Shown here one piece after another: positions 1-7,931 of a stretch of DNA of 64,000 nucleotides. Positions within the stretch are counted from its first letter, which is position 1. Each line of letters begins with the position of its first letter. Made by a program: the position numbers and the translations under genes. Source of the stretch: an uncultured Pseudomonadota bacterium (GTDB lineage Bacteria > Oederibacteriota > Muellerivitia > Muellerivitales > Muellerivitaceae); contig CAWIIP010000002.1 in NCBI GenBank assembly GCA_963836235.1, forward strand, positions 544,001 through 608,000, in the 5' to 3' direction. The notes beneath the pieces are model-generated. The model did not search any database. It was not told the origin of the DNA and saw only the letters and a list, made by a program, of their open reading frames with translations.

Positions 1-770
1 ACAAAGCTGCAAAACTTTTCCGTGGTCAGCTTGTGCCAGACGCCACCGTCCCCATCCTGCATGGTCAACATCCAATCCAGGTTCCATTTGACCTCGTTCA
101 GGATGTCGGGCAGGCCGTTGCCGGATTCAGGGATATCTAGTCGGATAGCGCCGATTTTTTCGGGGTACCACTCATAAGCCCAAAGCAAGGTTCCACAAGA
201 AATGCCTGAATTCACCACATACTTGCCGTAATCCCCAGCGTCATGCCAACCTTTGGTCGCGTCCTTCCTGCCCTTCTTGCCCGAAGATACGTGGAACACA
301 CCATCCTCTGTGTGACAGGCTTCGTGGTGGTATTGGGGAAACCGAGGGCTGAGGTCGACCCTAATCCCGCACCGCTGGCCGTAATAGGACCGCATGCAAA
401 GATAGTAGGCGTCGGAATAAACATCCGGCGCAACATGAAAGTGAAAGCTCTCCCCGACTCCTGGAACAGTAATATAGAACTCGCCGGTTTCTTGGAGCGT
501 GGAAAAGTTGGCCTCCCGCAAACTATCCCCCGAATCAGGATCGCCAGCCGGTAATCCCAGCCGCCCCGTGAAGACAATTGAATGGTCCGAAGCGCGGCGC
601 ACTTGGAAGGAACCTTTGGCTTTTACGGATGTGATGAAAGCGCTTTTGGCTTGGCTGGGGAGGTATCCAACTTGGTCCACTTTGATGTCCAAGCTGGGAT
701 CGGGAAAAACTCGGCAAGTAACCAGAATTGCCCAGAGGAAAGAAAAACCAGTTATTCTCTTCAATCGCAC
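1..770 (-). CDS. Glycoside hydrolase family 9 (endoglucanase) with N-terminal CelD-like Ig domain, secreted; 5' part only, runs off the left edge
   Basis: Manual translation from GTG at 770 is open to position 1: hydrophobic N-terminus, 'IKVDQVGYLP' (CelD_N start), 'YYGQRCG', 'GWHDAGDYGKY' (GH9 signature), 'PDILNEVKWNLDWMLTMQD'. Absent from the ORF track because its stop lies outside the window. Confidence 0.92.
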   Translation of the reverse strand, partial: MRLKRITGFSFLWAILVTCRVFPDPSLDIKVDQVGYLPSQAKSAFITSVKAKGSFQVRRASDHSIVFTGRLGLPAGDPDSGDSLREANFSTLQETGEFYITVPGVGESFHFHVAPDVYSDAYYLCMRSYYGQRCGIRVDLSPRFPQYHHEACHTEDGVFHVSSGKKGRKDATKGWHDAGDYGKYVVNSGISCGTLLWAYEWYPEKIGAIRLDIPESGNGLPDILNEVKWNLDWMLTMQDGDGGVWHKLTTEKFCSF

Positions 771-776
771 CTTTAA

Positions 777-2024
777 TTACTGCTTTGCAATTATCTTCAC
801 AAAAATTTTTCCGGCACGAATTATGCCGTGACCATTAGCTGTCATTAAAGTCGTATGATTGAAAGATTCTATTTTTATCTTCACGCCATTATCGGCAACC
901 CAGTCAACTGCACCTTGATCTATTAACCTTTTGGCATCACTTTTTGTTTTTGTGGCACCAATTTCCACTAACAAATCCACTATTTTATGTACTCCGGCTT
1001 CAACCTCAACCACGGGATAATCTACAGTTGTATTTAAATTATGTCGGTTATCGAAATAATCCCAAGCTTCCTTGGCTTTAACTTCCCCATAAAACCTTTG
1101 GGTGATTTCCTTGGCCAGTTCTTGCTTGGCTCGTTTGGGGTGATATTCACCCTTCCCAACCTTGTTTTTCCTGTCTTCCCAAGCGGCCGTCGGCAAATCG
1201 GAAAGAAGTTCGTAATATTTCCACATAAGGTCGTCCGATACGCTCATCAGCTTCGAGAACATCTCGTTGGGAATATCCGTCACGCCCACGTAATTACCCA
1301 GGCTCTTGGACATCTTTTTGACTCCATCCAACCCCTCAAGAATAGGGACACTGATAATAGCCTCGGGCTTCTGGCCCGCTTCTTCCTGTAACGCCCGGCC
1401 CACAAGGCAATTGAACTTCTGGTCGGTGCCACACATTTCCACGTCGGACTGAAGCACGACTGAGTCGTAGCCTTGGATAAGGGGGTAAAGCAACTCGTGG
1501 AGGCTGATGGGCCTTTGTTCTTTCATACGGTTAGTAAAATCGTCTCGTTCGAGGATACGGGCCACCGTATATTGAGAAGCCAAGCGGATGACCTCCTCAA
1601 AGCTCATCGGGCGGCACCATTCGCTGTTGTAACGGATTTCAACTTTAGCCGGGTCTTTATCAAGAACCTTGAATACCTGTTCCATATAAGTTTTGGCGTT
1701 GGCTTCGACCTCTTCACGAGTTAAGGGTTTTCGGGTAGCCGATTTGCCAGTGGGGTCACCAATCATAGCGGTGAAATCGCCAATGAGGAATTGCACCTTA
1801 TGGCCCAAGTCTTGGAACTGGCGGAGTTTGCGTAAAACTACCGTGTGGCCCAGGTGAATATCCGGAGCTGAGGGATCAGCACCCCATTTCACTTTAAGGG
1901 GCTTTCCTTCTCTATACGATTCCTTAAGTTTATCCAGAAGCTCGTGACGGGAAATGACTTCAGCGGTTCCCCGGGAAAGTTCTTCCAGTTGTTGCTCAGG
2001 CGTTTTCGGAAAATTCGTTTTCAT
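777..2024 (-). CDS. tyrS: Tyrosine--tRNA ligase
   Basis: '[13 protein letters not shown]' (HIGH) and 'KMSKS' motifs, S4-like C-terminus. Start placed at ATG 2024 (2033 possible) because the longer ORF overlaps the divergent PBP gene. Confidence 0.97.
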   Translation of the reverse strand: MKTNFPKTPEQQLEELSRGTAEVISRHELLDKLKESYREGKPLKVKWGADPSAPDIHLGHTVVLRKLRQFQDLGHKVQFLIGDFTAMIGDPTGKSATRKPLTREEVEANAKTYMEQVFKVLDKDPAKVEIRYNSEWCRPMSFEEVIRLASQYTVARILERDDFTNRMKEQRPISLHELLYPLIQGYDSVVLQSDVEMCGTDQKFNCLVGRALQEEAGQKPEAIISVPILEGLDGVKKMSKSLGNYVGVTDIPNEMFSKLMSVSDDLMWKYYELLSDLPTAAWEDRKNKVGKGEYHPKRAKQELAKEITQRFYGEVKAKEAWDYFDNRHNLNTTVDYPVVEVEAGVHKIVDLLVEIGATKTKSDAKRLIDQGAVDWVADNGVKIKIESFNHTTLMTANGHGIIRAGKIFVKIIAKQ

Positions 2025-2112
2025 AGGGCCCATATCATAACAAAAGTGTTTTGAACGGGCTGTTGAAAAAGAGGGTGGCTGGCTATAATGAGCCCCTTCG
2101 AAAACCAAGTTC

Positions 2113-4347
2113 ATGAGGAATGATTTGCCCATCGAAAAAATCGAGAAAGCCAACCGGCCTTTTCCCACTTTCCTAAAGGTCGCCTTCGCCATTTTTTTCG
2201 CCCTGGCGGGCATCGGCATAGGCTGCCTTTACGCCCAGTTGCAGGACCTGCCTGACATTAAACTCCTTCAAACCACCAGCCCTTCCCAGGCCACCCGTAT
2301 TTATGACATCAACGGCGAGGTTATCAGCCAGCTCTGGCTGGAACAACGGACACTGGTATCCCTGGATAAGATTCCCCTAACCCTGCAAAACGCCCTCATC
2401 GCCATCGAGGACGACCGCTTTTACCGCCATATCGGCATTGACCCCATTGGTATTGCCCGCGCCTTCATTCAAAACATCCGGCACGCAGGCCAAAAAGTGG
2501 AAGGGGGGAGTACCCTCACCCAACAACTGGCCCGGAATCTTTTTTTAACCCATGAAAAAACATTCACCCGCAAAATCCGCGAAGCCCTTCTAGCCCTTCA
2601 AATTGAGAGGAATTATTCGAAGAAAGAAATTTTGGAAATGTACCTGAACCAAATTTACTTTGGGGAAGGCGCCTATGGGGTGGAATCGGCGGCCCGGAGC
2701 TATTTTGGGAAGCACGTGGAGGAATTGACCCTGCCCGAATGCGCCATGCTGGCCAGCCTGCCCAAAGCTCCGACCGATTACGACCCTTATAAACATCCTT
2801 TGGAGGCCCTGGGCCGCCGAAACCTGGTCTTGAACGCCATGGCCGAGCACGGATTTATTAGCCCGCAAGACGCTATCGACGCCCGGAACGTTCCAGTTGA
2901 GCTCAAGAAAATTGAGGTCCAAAATGCCCCTTACTTCGTGGAATATGTCCGTCAGCAATTGGAAGCCCGTTACGGAACCAACGCGGTTTATAAGGGAGGC
3001 CTTTCGGTTTACACCACCCTCGACCTGAAGATGCAGGAAGCGGCCCAACGGGCCCTTTCCCGGGGCGTGGAAAACGCCGAAATCGTGGCCCGCAAGAACC
3101 GGCTGACCAATATCCCCGTGGACCAGCCTATCCAGGGGGCCCTTTTGGCCATGGATCCCCATACGGGGGCTATCCGCGCCATGATCGGCGGGATCGACTT
3201 CCGTAAGAGCGTCTTTAACCGTGCCATCCAGGCCCGACGCCAGCCTGGGTCCGCTTTCAAGCCTTTCATTTACGCGGCGGCCATCGAAAACGGCTATACC
3301 ATGGCCGATGTTTTCCTGGATTCCCCCGTGGTTTATCCAGACCCGATCACAGGCCTACCCTGGCGTCCCACGAACTTTTCTGGAAAATTCAAGGGCCCCA
3401 CAACCCTCCACACAGCCCTGATGTATTCCATCAACGTGGTCACCATTAAACTTTTGGAAAAGCTCGGTATCCAGCCGGTAGTCAGCGTGGCCCGCCGCCT
3501 AGGGATAACCACACCTATTAAGCCCAACCTTACTCTGGGGTTGGGAACTTCCGAGGTGAATTTGGAGGAAATGGTCCAGGCTTTCTCGGTTTTCGACAAC
3601 CAGGGTGTGCGGGTAGAGCCCTTCGGGATCTTAAGCGTCAAGGATTCTTCAGACCATGTTTTGGAAAGCAATACGCCCGTAGCCCAGGAAGTATTGGACC
3701 CGCAAGTGGCTTATATCATGACTAATACCATGCGGGACGTCATTGACCAGGGAACCGGCCGGATCATCCGCCGGTTGGGTTTCACCTATCCCGCCGCTGG
3801 TAAAACCGGAACCACCAACGACAACGTGGACGCTTGGTTTATCGGCTTTACGCCTAGCCTCACTTGCGGGGTCTGGATCGGCTATGACGAACGCCAAAGC
3901 CTGGGAAAAAAGCAAACGGGCGGAGAAGCCGCTGCCCCTATTTGGGCCGAATTTATGAAAGAAGCCACCGAGGAAAAACCAGCGGAGAATTTTCAGCCCC
4001 CAAAAGGTTCGGAGGATGAATTTGTGCATAAGAAAATCTGCCTGGATTCCGGGCTCTTAGCCACGGCCTTTTGTCCCCGCACCCGGGATGAGATTTTCAA
4101 GAAGGAAACCGCTCCCACCAAGCTTTGCAACTTGCATTCCGGAGCGGGGGAAACCTCCCCAGGAACAGACGAAACGGGAAATAGTAATGCTTCCGCCCAA
4201 CCCAACAGCGACATCCTAGAAATGGGAGGCCCAGCGGTAGTAAAAACCGCTCCGACGACTGCGGCCACACCGGGCGAGGAAGAGGATCAAGGCACGGAAA
4301 AGAAACCCGTAAACGGACAGGAAGCCTATCCTGACGAGGGTTTTTAA
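2113..4347 (+). CDS. mrcA: Class A penicillin-binding protein (PBP1A family)
   Basis: N-terminal TM helix; transglycosylase motifs [30 protein letters not shown]; transpeptidase motifs SAFK, SIN, KTGT. Confidence 0.95.
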   Translation: MRNDLPIEKIEKANRPFPTFLKVAFAIFFALAGIGIGCLYAQLQDLPDIKLLQTTSPSQATRIYDINGEVISQLWLEQRTLVSLDKIPLTLQNALIAIEDDRFYRHIGIDPIGIARAFIQNIRHAGQKVEGGSTLTQQLARNLFLTHEKTFTRKIREALLALQIERNYSKKEILEMYLNQIYFGEGAYGVESAARSYFGKHVEELTLPECAMLASLPKAPTDYDPYKHPLEALGRRNLVLNAMAEHGFISPQDAIDARNVPVELKKIEVQNAPYFVEYVRQQLEARYGTNAVYKGGLSVYTTLDLKMQEAAQRALSRGVENAEIVARKNRLTNIPVDQPIQGALLAMDPHTGAIRAMIGGIDFRKSVFNRAIQARRQPGSAFKPFIYAAAIENGYTMADVFLDSPVVYPDPITGLPWRPTNFSGKFKGPTTLHTALMYSINVVTIKLLEKLGIQPVVSVARRLGITTPIKPNLTLGLGTSEVNLEEMVQAFSVFDNQGVRVEPFGILSVKDSSDHVLESNTPVAQEVLDPQVAYIMTNTMRDVIDQGTGRIIRRLGFTYPAAGKTGTTNDNVDAWFIGFTPSLTCGVWIGYDERQSLGKKQTGGEAAAPIWAEFMKEATEEKPAENFQPPKGSEDEFVHKKICLDSGLLATAFCPRTRDEIFKKETAPTKLCNLHSGAGETSPGTDETGNSNASAQPNSDILEMGGPAVVKTAPTTAATPGEEEDQGTEKKPVNGQEAYPDEGF

Positions 4348-4389
4348 ACCGCCTTTTCAAAATTAAAATTCTAATTAGAAATTCAGGCT

Positions 4390-5148
4390 TTATTCGACGA
4401 TTTTATACTTTTTCCGAATTTCCGGTTCGGGTAACGCGTCGTAATGCCACCATTCATGCGAAAGTTGAATGAATCCCGCGCCGGTCATAGCTTTTCTCAA
4501 GATCAATCGGTTATCCATTTGTTTTCTATTCAATTTTCCTTCCTTCAAAAACTTCTCCTCCAACTTCGGCTCCGAGAGTTCGGAAAAAGAATCAAAGCCC
4601 GTACCCATGTCAATTTCCTTGCCCTTGCCATCCAACAAGCTCAAATCCACCGCCATGCCATAGTTGTGAGGAGAACCGATTTCTGCGTTGGCCACATACT
4701 TGCGCTGGGGCGTGTCTTTCACCCGGTTCCACATGACCCACTGCACCGAGTGCAGCCGCAAGGCGTCAAAAATAACGAAGGACCAACCTGGTTTTTTCTT
4801 TTTCAAGAGTTCTACGGCTTTTTTGAATTTTATCGCTGCGTCCTTATGAAGAAACGCCCTATTGAACGACCCGTACATATCGATGCCCATGAAATTATCC
4901 GTGGTGGCGTATTTCAGGGAAATAACGACGTTCGATAGGGTTGAAAGATCGATGTAATCAGGATCATGCTCGAGTTTGTTCAATGAGTCCGCCGGTGAAC
5001 TTTGTTTTAAAAATGTGTTGGATTTTAATCCGGGATCGGCCAAAACAAATGAACTGAAAAATAAAATCAGGAGAACGAAAAACTGGGTTCCGGCTCTGCT
5101 TACCGTCACAACCGGACCATTAAGCGGGCGTTCCCTTGATCTGATCAA
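4390..5148 (-). CDS. ddpX: D-Ala-D-Ala dipeptidase (peptidase M15D, VanX/DdpX family), probably exported
   Basis: 'YATTDNF', 'SPHNYGMAVDLSL' (SxHxxGxAxD) and 'EWWHY' Zn motifs; hydrophobic N-terminal segment. True start may be GTG 5109. Confidence 0.9.
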   Translation of the reverse strand: MIRSRERPLNGPVVTVSRAGTQFFVLLILFFSSFVLADPGLKSNTFLKQSSPADSLNKLEHDPDYIDLSTLSNVVISLKYATTDNFMGIDMYGSFNRAFLHKDAAIKFKKAVELLKKKKPGWSFVIFDALRLHSVQWVMWNRVKDTPQRKYVANAEIGSPHNYGMAVDLSLLDGKGKEIDMGTGFDSFSELSEPKLEEKFLKEGKLNRKQMDNRLILRKAMTGAGFIQLSHEWWHYDALPEPEIRKKYKIVE

Positions 5149-5599
5149 CCGCCAAACGGAGTACCGGCCTTAAAACTTCCATCGAATCCTTAATGGCGGT
5201 AGGGGAGCCAGGCATGTTGATAATCAGAGTCCTTCCCCTTACTCCCGCCACTCCACGGGTTAAGGCCACCACAGGGGTCTTTTCGTAAGCCTTGTTGCGG
5301 ATAAGCTCGGGTAACCCCGGGATCCATTTCTCACAAACCTGGTACATGGCCTCCGGCACCCGGTCCTTGGCTTGAACCCCTATTCCATCTACGGTAAAGA
5401 TAATATCGATTGTCCCGCTATCGGCGGTTTGAATCAGGTGGGCAGCTAGATCCTGTTCGTTATCCCCCAAGGCTTGGCGAATCACAACTTCCCATCCCAT
5501 CTTCAGGGAAGAAGCATTGAGGTTGTCCCCCGCCTCATCTTTGGCGCCCCCGGTAATGTATTTCTCCCCGACGGTGAATAAGGCGACTTGGATGGGCAT
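5120..5599 (-). CDS. MogA/MoaB-family molybdopterin-binding domain protein (divergent)
   Basis: 'DRVPEAM', 'IPGLPELIR', 'ALTRGVAGVRGRTLIINMPGSP' match the family; the GGTG motif reads DGIG. Confidence 0.8.
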   Translation of the reverse strand: MPIQVALFTVGEKYITGGAKDEAGDNLNASSLKMGWEVVIRQALGDNEQDLAAHLIQTADSGTIDIIFTVDGIGVQAKDRVPEAMYQVCEKWIPGLPELIRNKAYEKTPVVALTRGVAGVRGRTLIINMPGSPTAIKDSMEVLRPVLRLAVDQIKGTPA

Positions 5600-5691
5600 A
5601 AAGATCCTTAAAACTGGGGATTAAAAGCCAAACGATATTGGTATTTGGGATTTTAAATCGGAAATAGGGTTTTTACAGCGGTCGAAATGAA

Positions 5692-7722
5692 CTATTTTTT
5701 CGAATCAATGTTGGCGTTGCCCAAGTCGTCGGTCGGGGGCAAATCCAAATCCTTGGGAGGCGCCACGTCCGCGTCTTTCAAGGGTGGCAAAGCCAAGCTG
5801 GAATCGCTTGGTGGATTCGTTGTGGGACTACTGGTAGCGGGACTGCTAGTGGAACCGTTGGCTGTGGTAGGGCTGGATAGATCGGGCCCCAAATCCAAGG
5901 GCGGAGCCTGCATGCCATCGATATCTCCGCCAACTCCATCTAAGGATTGAACGGCCTTTTGTTGGTCTTCCGCGCTGACGGGCGGCGCCACTGGAGCAGC
6001 GGGAACAGATGGATTCGGGGTAGTGGTGTTAGCCGTTGCTGAAGTGGTGGCTGGAGCCGGTTGGGTAACAGCGACTGGTGAAGGAGGAGGCGCTAAACTA
6101 TTATCCGTGGAACTAGCCGGGGCCGGCGGAACTGGAGGAACGGAAACAGCGGGTGGATTTGTAGCCGTAGTGTTGGACGTTGGGGGAGCGGCAGCCGGAG
6201 CCGGGGGTATTTGATCGGTTAAATCGGGTGGAGGTGGAACGCTGGAGGTGGGCACAGTGTTTTGACCAGCACTGGAAGCCGGAGTAGTTGCGGTTTCAAC
6301 TTCTGGTGGGGCGATGACATCCCCTGCGGGCGGAACGGGCGGCGGACTTGTGGAATTAACCTCGGTGGAAGGAGGCACTGGAACGGTGGAAGCCGCCGTA
6401 TTTTCGGTTGGAAGTGCTGGTGGGAGCGTTACGTCAGAAGTGGGTAAAGATGGGGGAGCCGAAGCATCTGTTGCCGGAGGAACGGGGGGAACTGTCGAGG
6501 AAACAGCCGCGGGCGGTTCAGGAACGGAGGGCATCGCGGGAGCCGCGGCCGAAGGTTGAACCACAACTGGCGGATTAGATGGACTGGCCATTGGCACGGT
6601 TTCAGCCGAGGCGGATGGCACCACCGCAGCTACTCCCGACAGGTCACCTTGGTCCGGCGGCAGGTTGGCAAGTGGCTTTAAAGCATGGGGAGCAGCGGGT
6701 AGTTCTTTAACTTTGGCGGTCATGGTTCCAGGGGACTCCGGCTCGGTAGCTTCCACGGCCTCCGGAGTGGCTTCGGCAGGCTCAGGGGTTGCTTGTTCGA
6801 CAGCAGGAACGGAAGCTTCAGCGGCAGGAGCCTCGGTGGTTGCGACTGATGCGGACGGTTGTTTCTGTGGATTTTGACGGGCTAATGCCTCTTGCTTCTC
6901 TTTTTTCTCCTGGGTCTTGAGCGCCGTTTCCATTTGCTTGGTGATCAAGGGCAACTGGGTTCGGATATAAATCCGAAGAACTTCTTTCAGGGTTTTCAAG
7001 GGAGCCAATCTCACTGATCCCTGGATTTTGGCCTGGACTGTTTTCTCGTCGGAATTTCCCCAGTAATTGTTCCCCAGGTTCGCCGACGGGGTGTTGTTGA
7101 TAACCTCTTTGTCATTATCATGAATGCTGTTGTTGGTGAAATCCAAGTCCGTAAAACTTTTCAGGTAAAGCCCGTAAGTGTTTTCCGTAATCGTGTTAAA
7201 TTCCAAGTTTGCCTTGACTTGACCGTCCAACACAACGCCGGTGGCATTTCCATAAATTTTGCCGTTTTCCATGCTGGCCGTCGTGTTACCACGCAAATAA
7301 AGTCCGCTCCCCTTGGTCATTTCAAACCATTGCAAATGGAGTTGGGAGTCTTGAACCAGGAATACCCCGCTCAGGACCCGAACATTGGTCATGTCCACGG
7401 TTCCACCATTGATAAAAAGCTCGTTTTGGAGCCCGCCTTCGGTCATGCGGAAAACCGCCGGGGCTGCGGCCGAGCCTTCCACATCCAAGGTTCCGTTCAC
7501 TTCCATGGCGGCGGGGCCCTGAAAAATCACTTGGACGCCGGAGCCAATGTGCAAGGTGGCTCCTTTAGCGACGACGACTTTACCTTGGATTAAATAAGGA
7601 CTGCCGGAAGCGTCCCATTGAGTGTCCGTTGTAATGGAAGCGGGAACATTGGTGGAGGCGAAAGTAGGGATAGTAAGCGTTGAAAAAGCAAGGAAGAGAA
7701 GTAATCGAGTCTTGTGTTTCAT
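5692..7722 (-). CDS. Secreted protein: parallel beta-helix-like N-terminal domain plus ~390-aa Pro/Ala/Thr/Ser-rich tail
   Basis: Signal peptide ending TFA; 'TTDTQWDASGSPYLIQG', Asn-rich repeats and 'NNYWG' typical of beta-helix proteins; low-complexity C-terminal half. Confidence 0.75.
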   Translation of the reverse strand: MKHKTRLLLFLAFSTLTIPTFASTNVPASITTDTQWDASGSPYLIQGKVVVAKGATLHIGSGVQVIFQGPAAMEVNGTLDVEGSAAAPAVFRMTEGGLQNELFINGGTVDMTNVRVLSGVFLVQDSQLHLQWFEMTKGSGLYLRGNTTASMENGKIYGNATGVVLDGQVKANLEFNTITENTYGLYLKSFTDLDFTNNSIHDNDKEVINNTPSANLGNNYWGNSDEKTVQAKIQGSVRLAPLKTLKEVLRIYIRTQLPLITKQMETALKTQEKKEKQEALARQNPQKQPSASVATTEAPAAEASVPAVEQATPEPAEATPEAVEATEPESPGTMTAKVKELPAAPHALKPLANLPPDQGDLSGVAAVVPSASAETVPMASPSNPPVVVQPSAAAPAMPSVPEPPAAVSSTVPPVPPATDASAPPSLPTSDVTLPPALPTENTAASTVPVPPSTEVNSTSPPPVPPAGDVIAPPEVETATTPASSAGQNTVPTSSVPPPPDLTDQIPPAPAAAPPTSNTTATNPPAVSVPPVPPAPASSTDNSLAPPPSPVAVTQPAPATTSATANTTTPNPSVPAAPVAPPVSAEDQQKAVQSLDGVGGDIDGMQAPPLDLGPDLSSPTTANGSTSSPATSSPTTNPPSDSSLALPPLKDADVAPPKDLDLPPTDDLGNANIDSKK

Positions 7723-7886
7723 AAAGTGGCTTACAACCTCATGAAATTATTTTTTGAAAAACGATACCTGATGTTTTCGAGAAGAACCGCAAAGCCCCGT
7801 TACTATAACACAAAAGTTTATTCGTTAAATGACAAAGACGATGTCTTGAGGAAAGCACGGGAAACGTTAAAGCGTTGGATAAGGAA

Positions 7887-7923
7887 TAAAAAAGAGGGAC
7901 GGAAGTTTCCTTCCGCCCCCCTC
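7887..7923 (-). terminator. Intrinsic terminator of ppdK
   Basis: Minus strand GAGGGGGGCGGAAG-GAAA-CTTCCGTCCCTC followed by a T-tract, just after the ppdK stop. Confidence 0.85.
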
Positions 7924-7931
7924 AAATTGTT

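Noticed and set aside
2025-2219. 65-aa N-terminal extension on TyrS in the ORF track
   Set aside because: It overlaps the divergent PBP1A gene and promoter region and has no TyrRS character; an over-extended ORF call.
4390-5148. vanX as part of a glycopeptide resistance cluster
   Set aside because: No vanH, vanA/B or vanRS nearby; a lone DdpX-like enzyme next to a PBP fits wall turnover.
5950-6870. Possible tandem DNA repeat or CRISPR-like array in the low-complexity region
   Set aside because: The repetition is at the amino-acid level with varied codons; there is no fixed repeat-spacer period and no cas gene.
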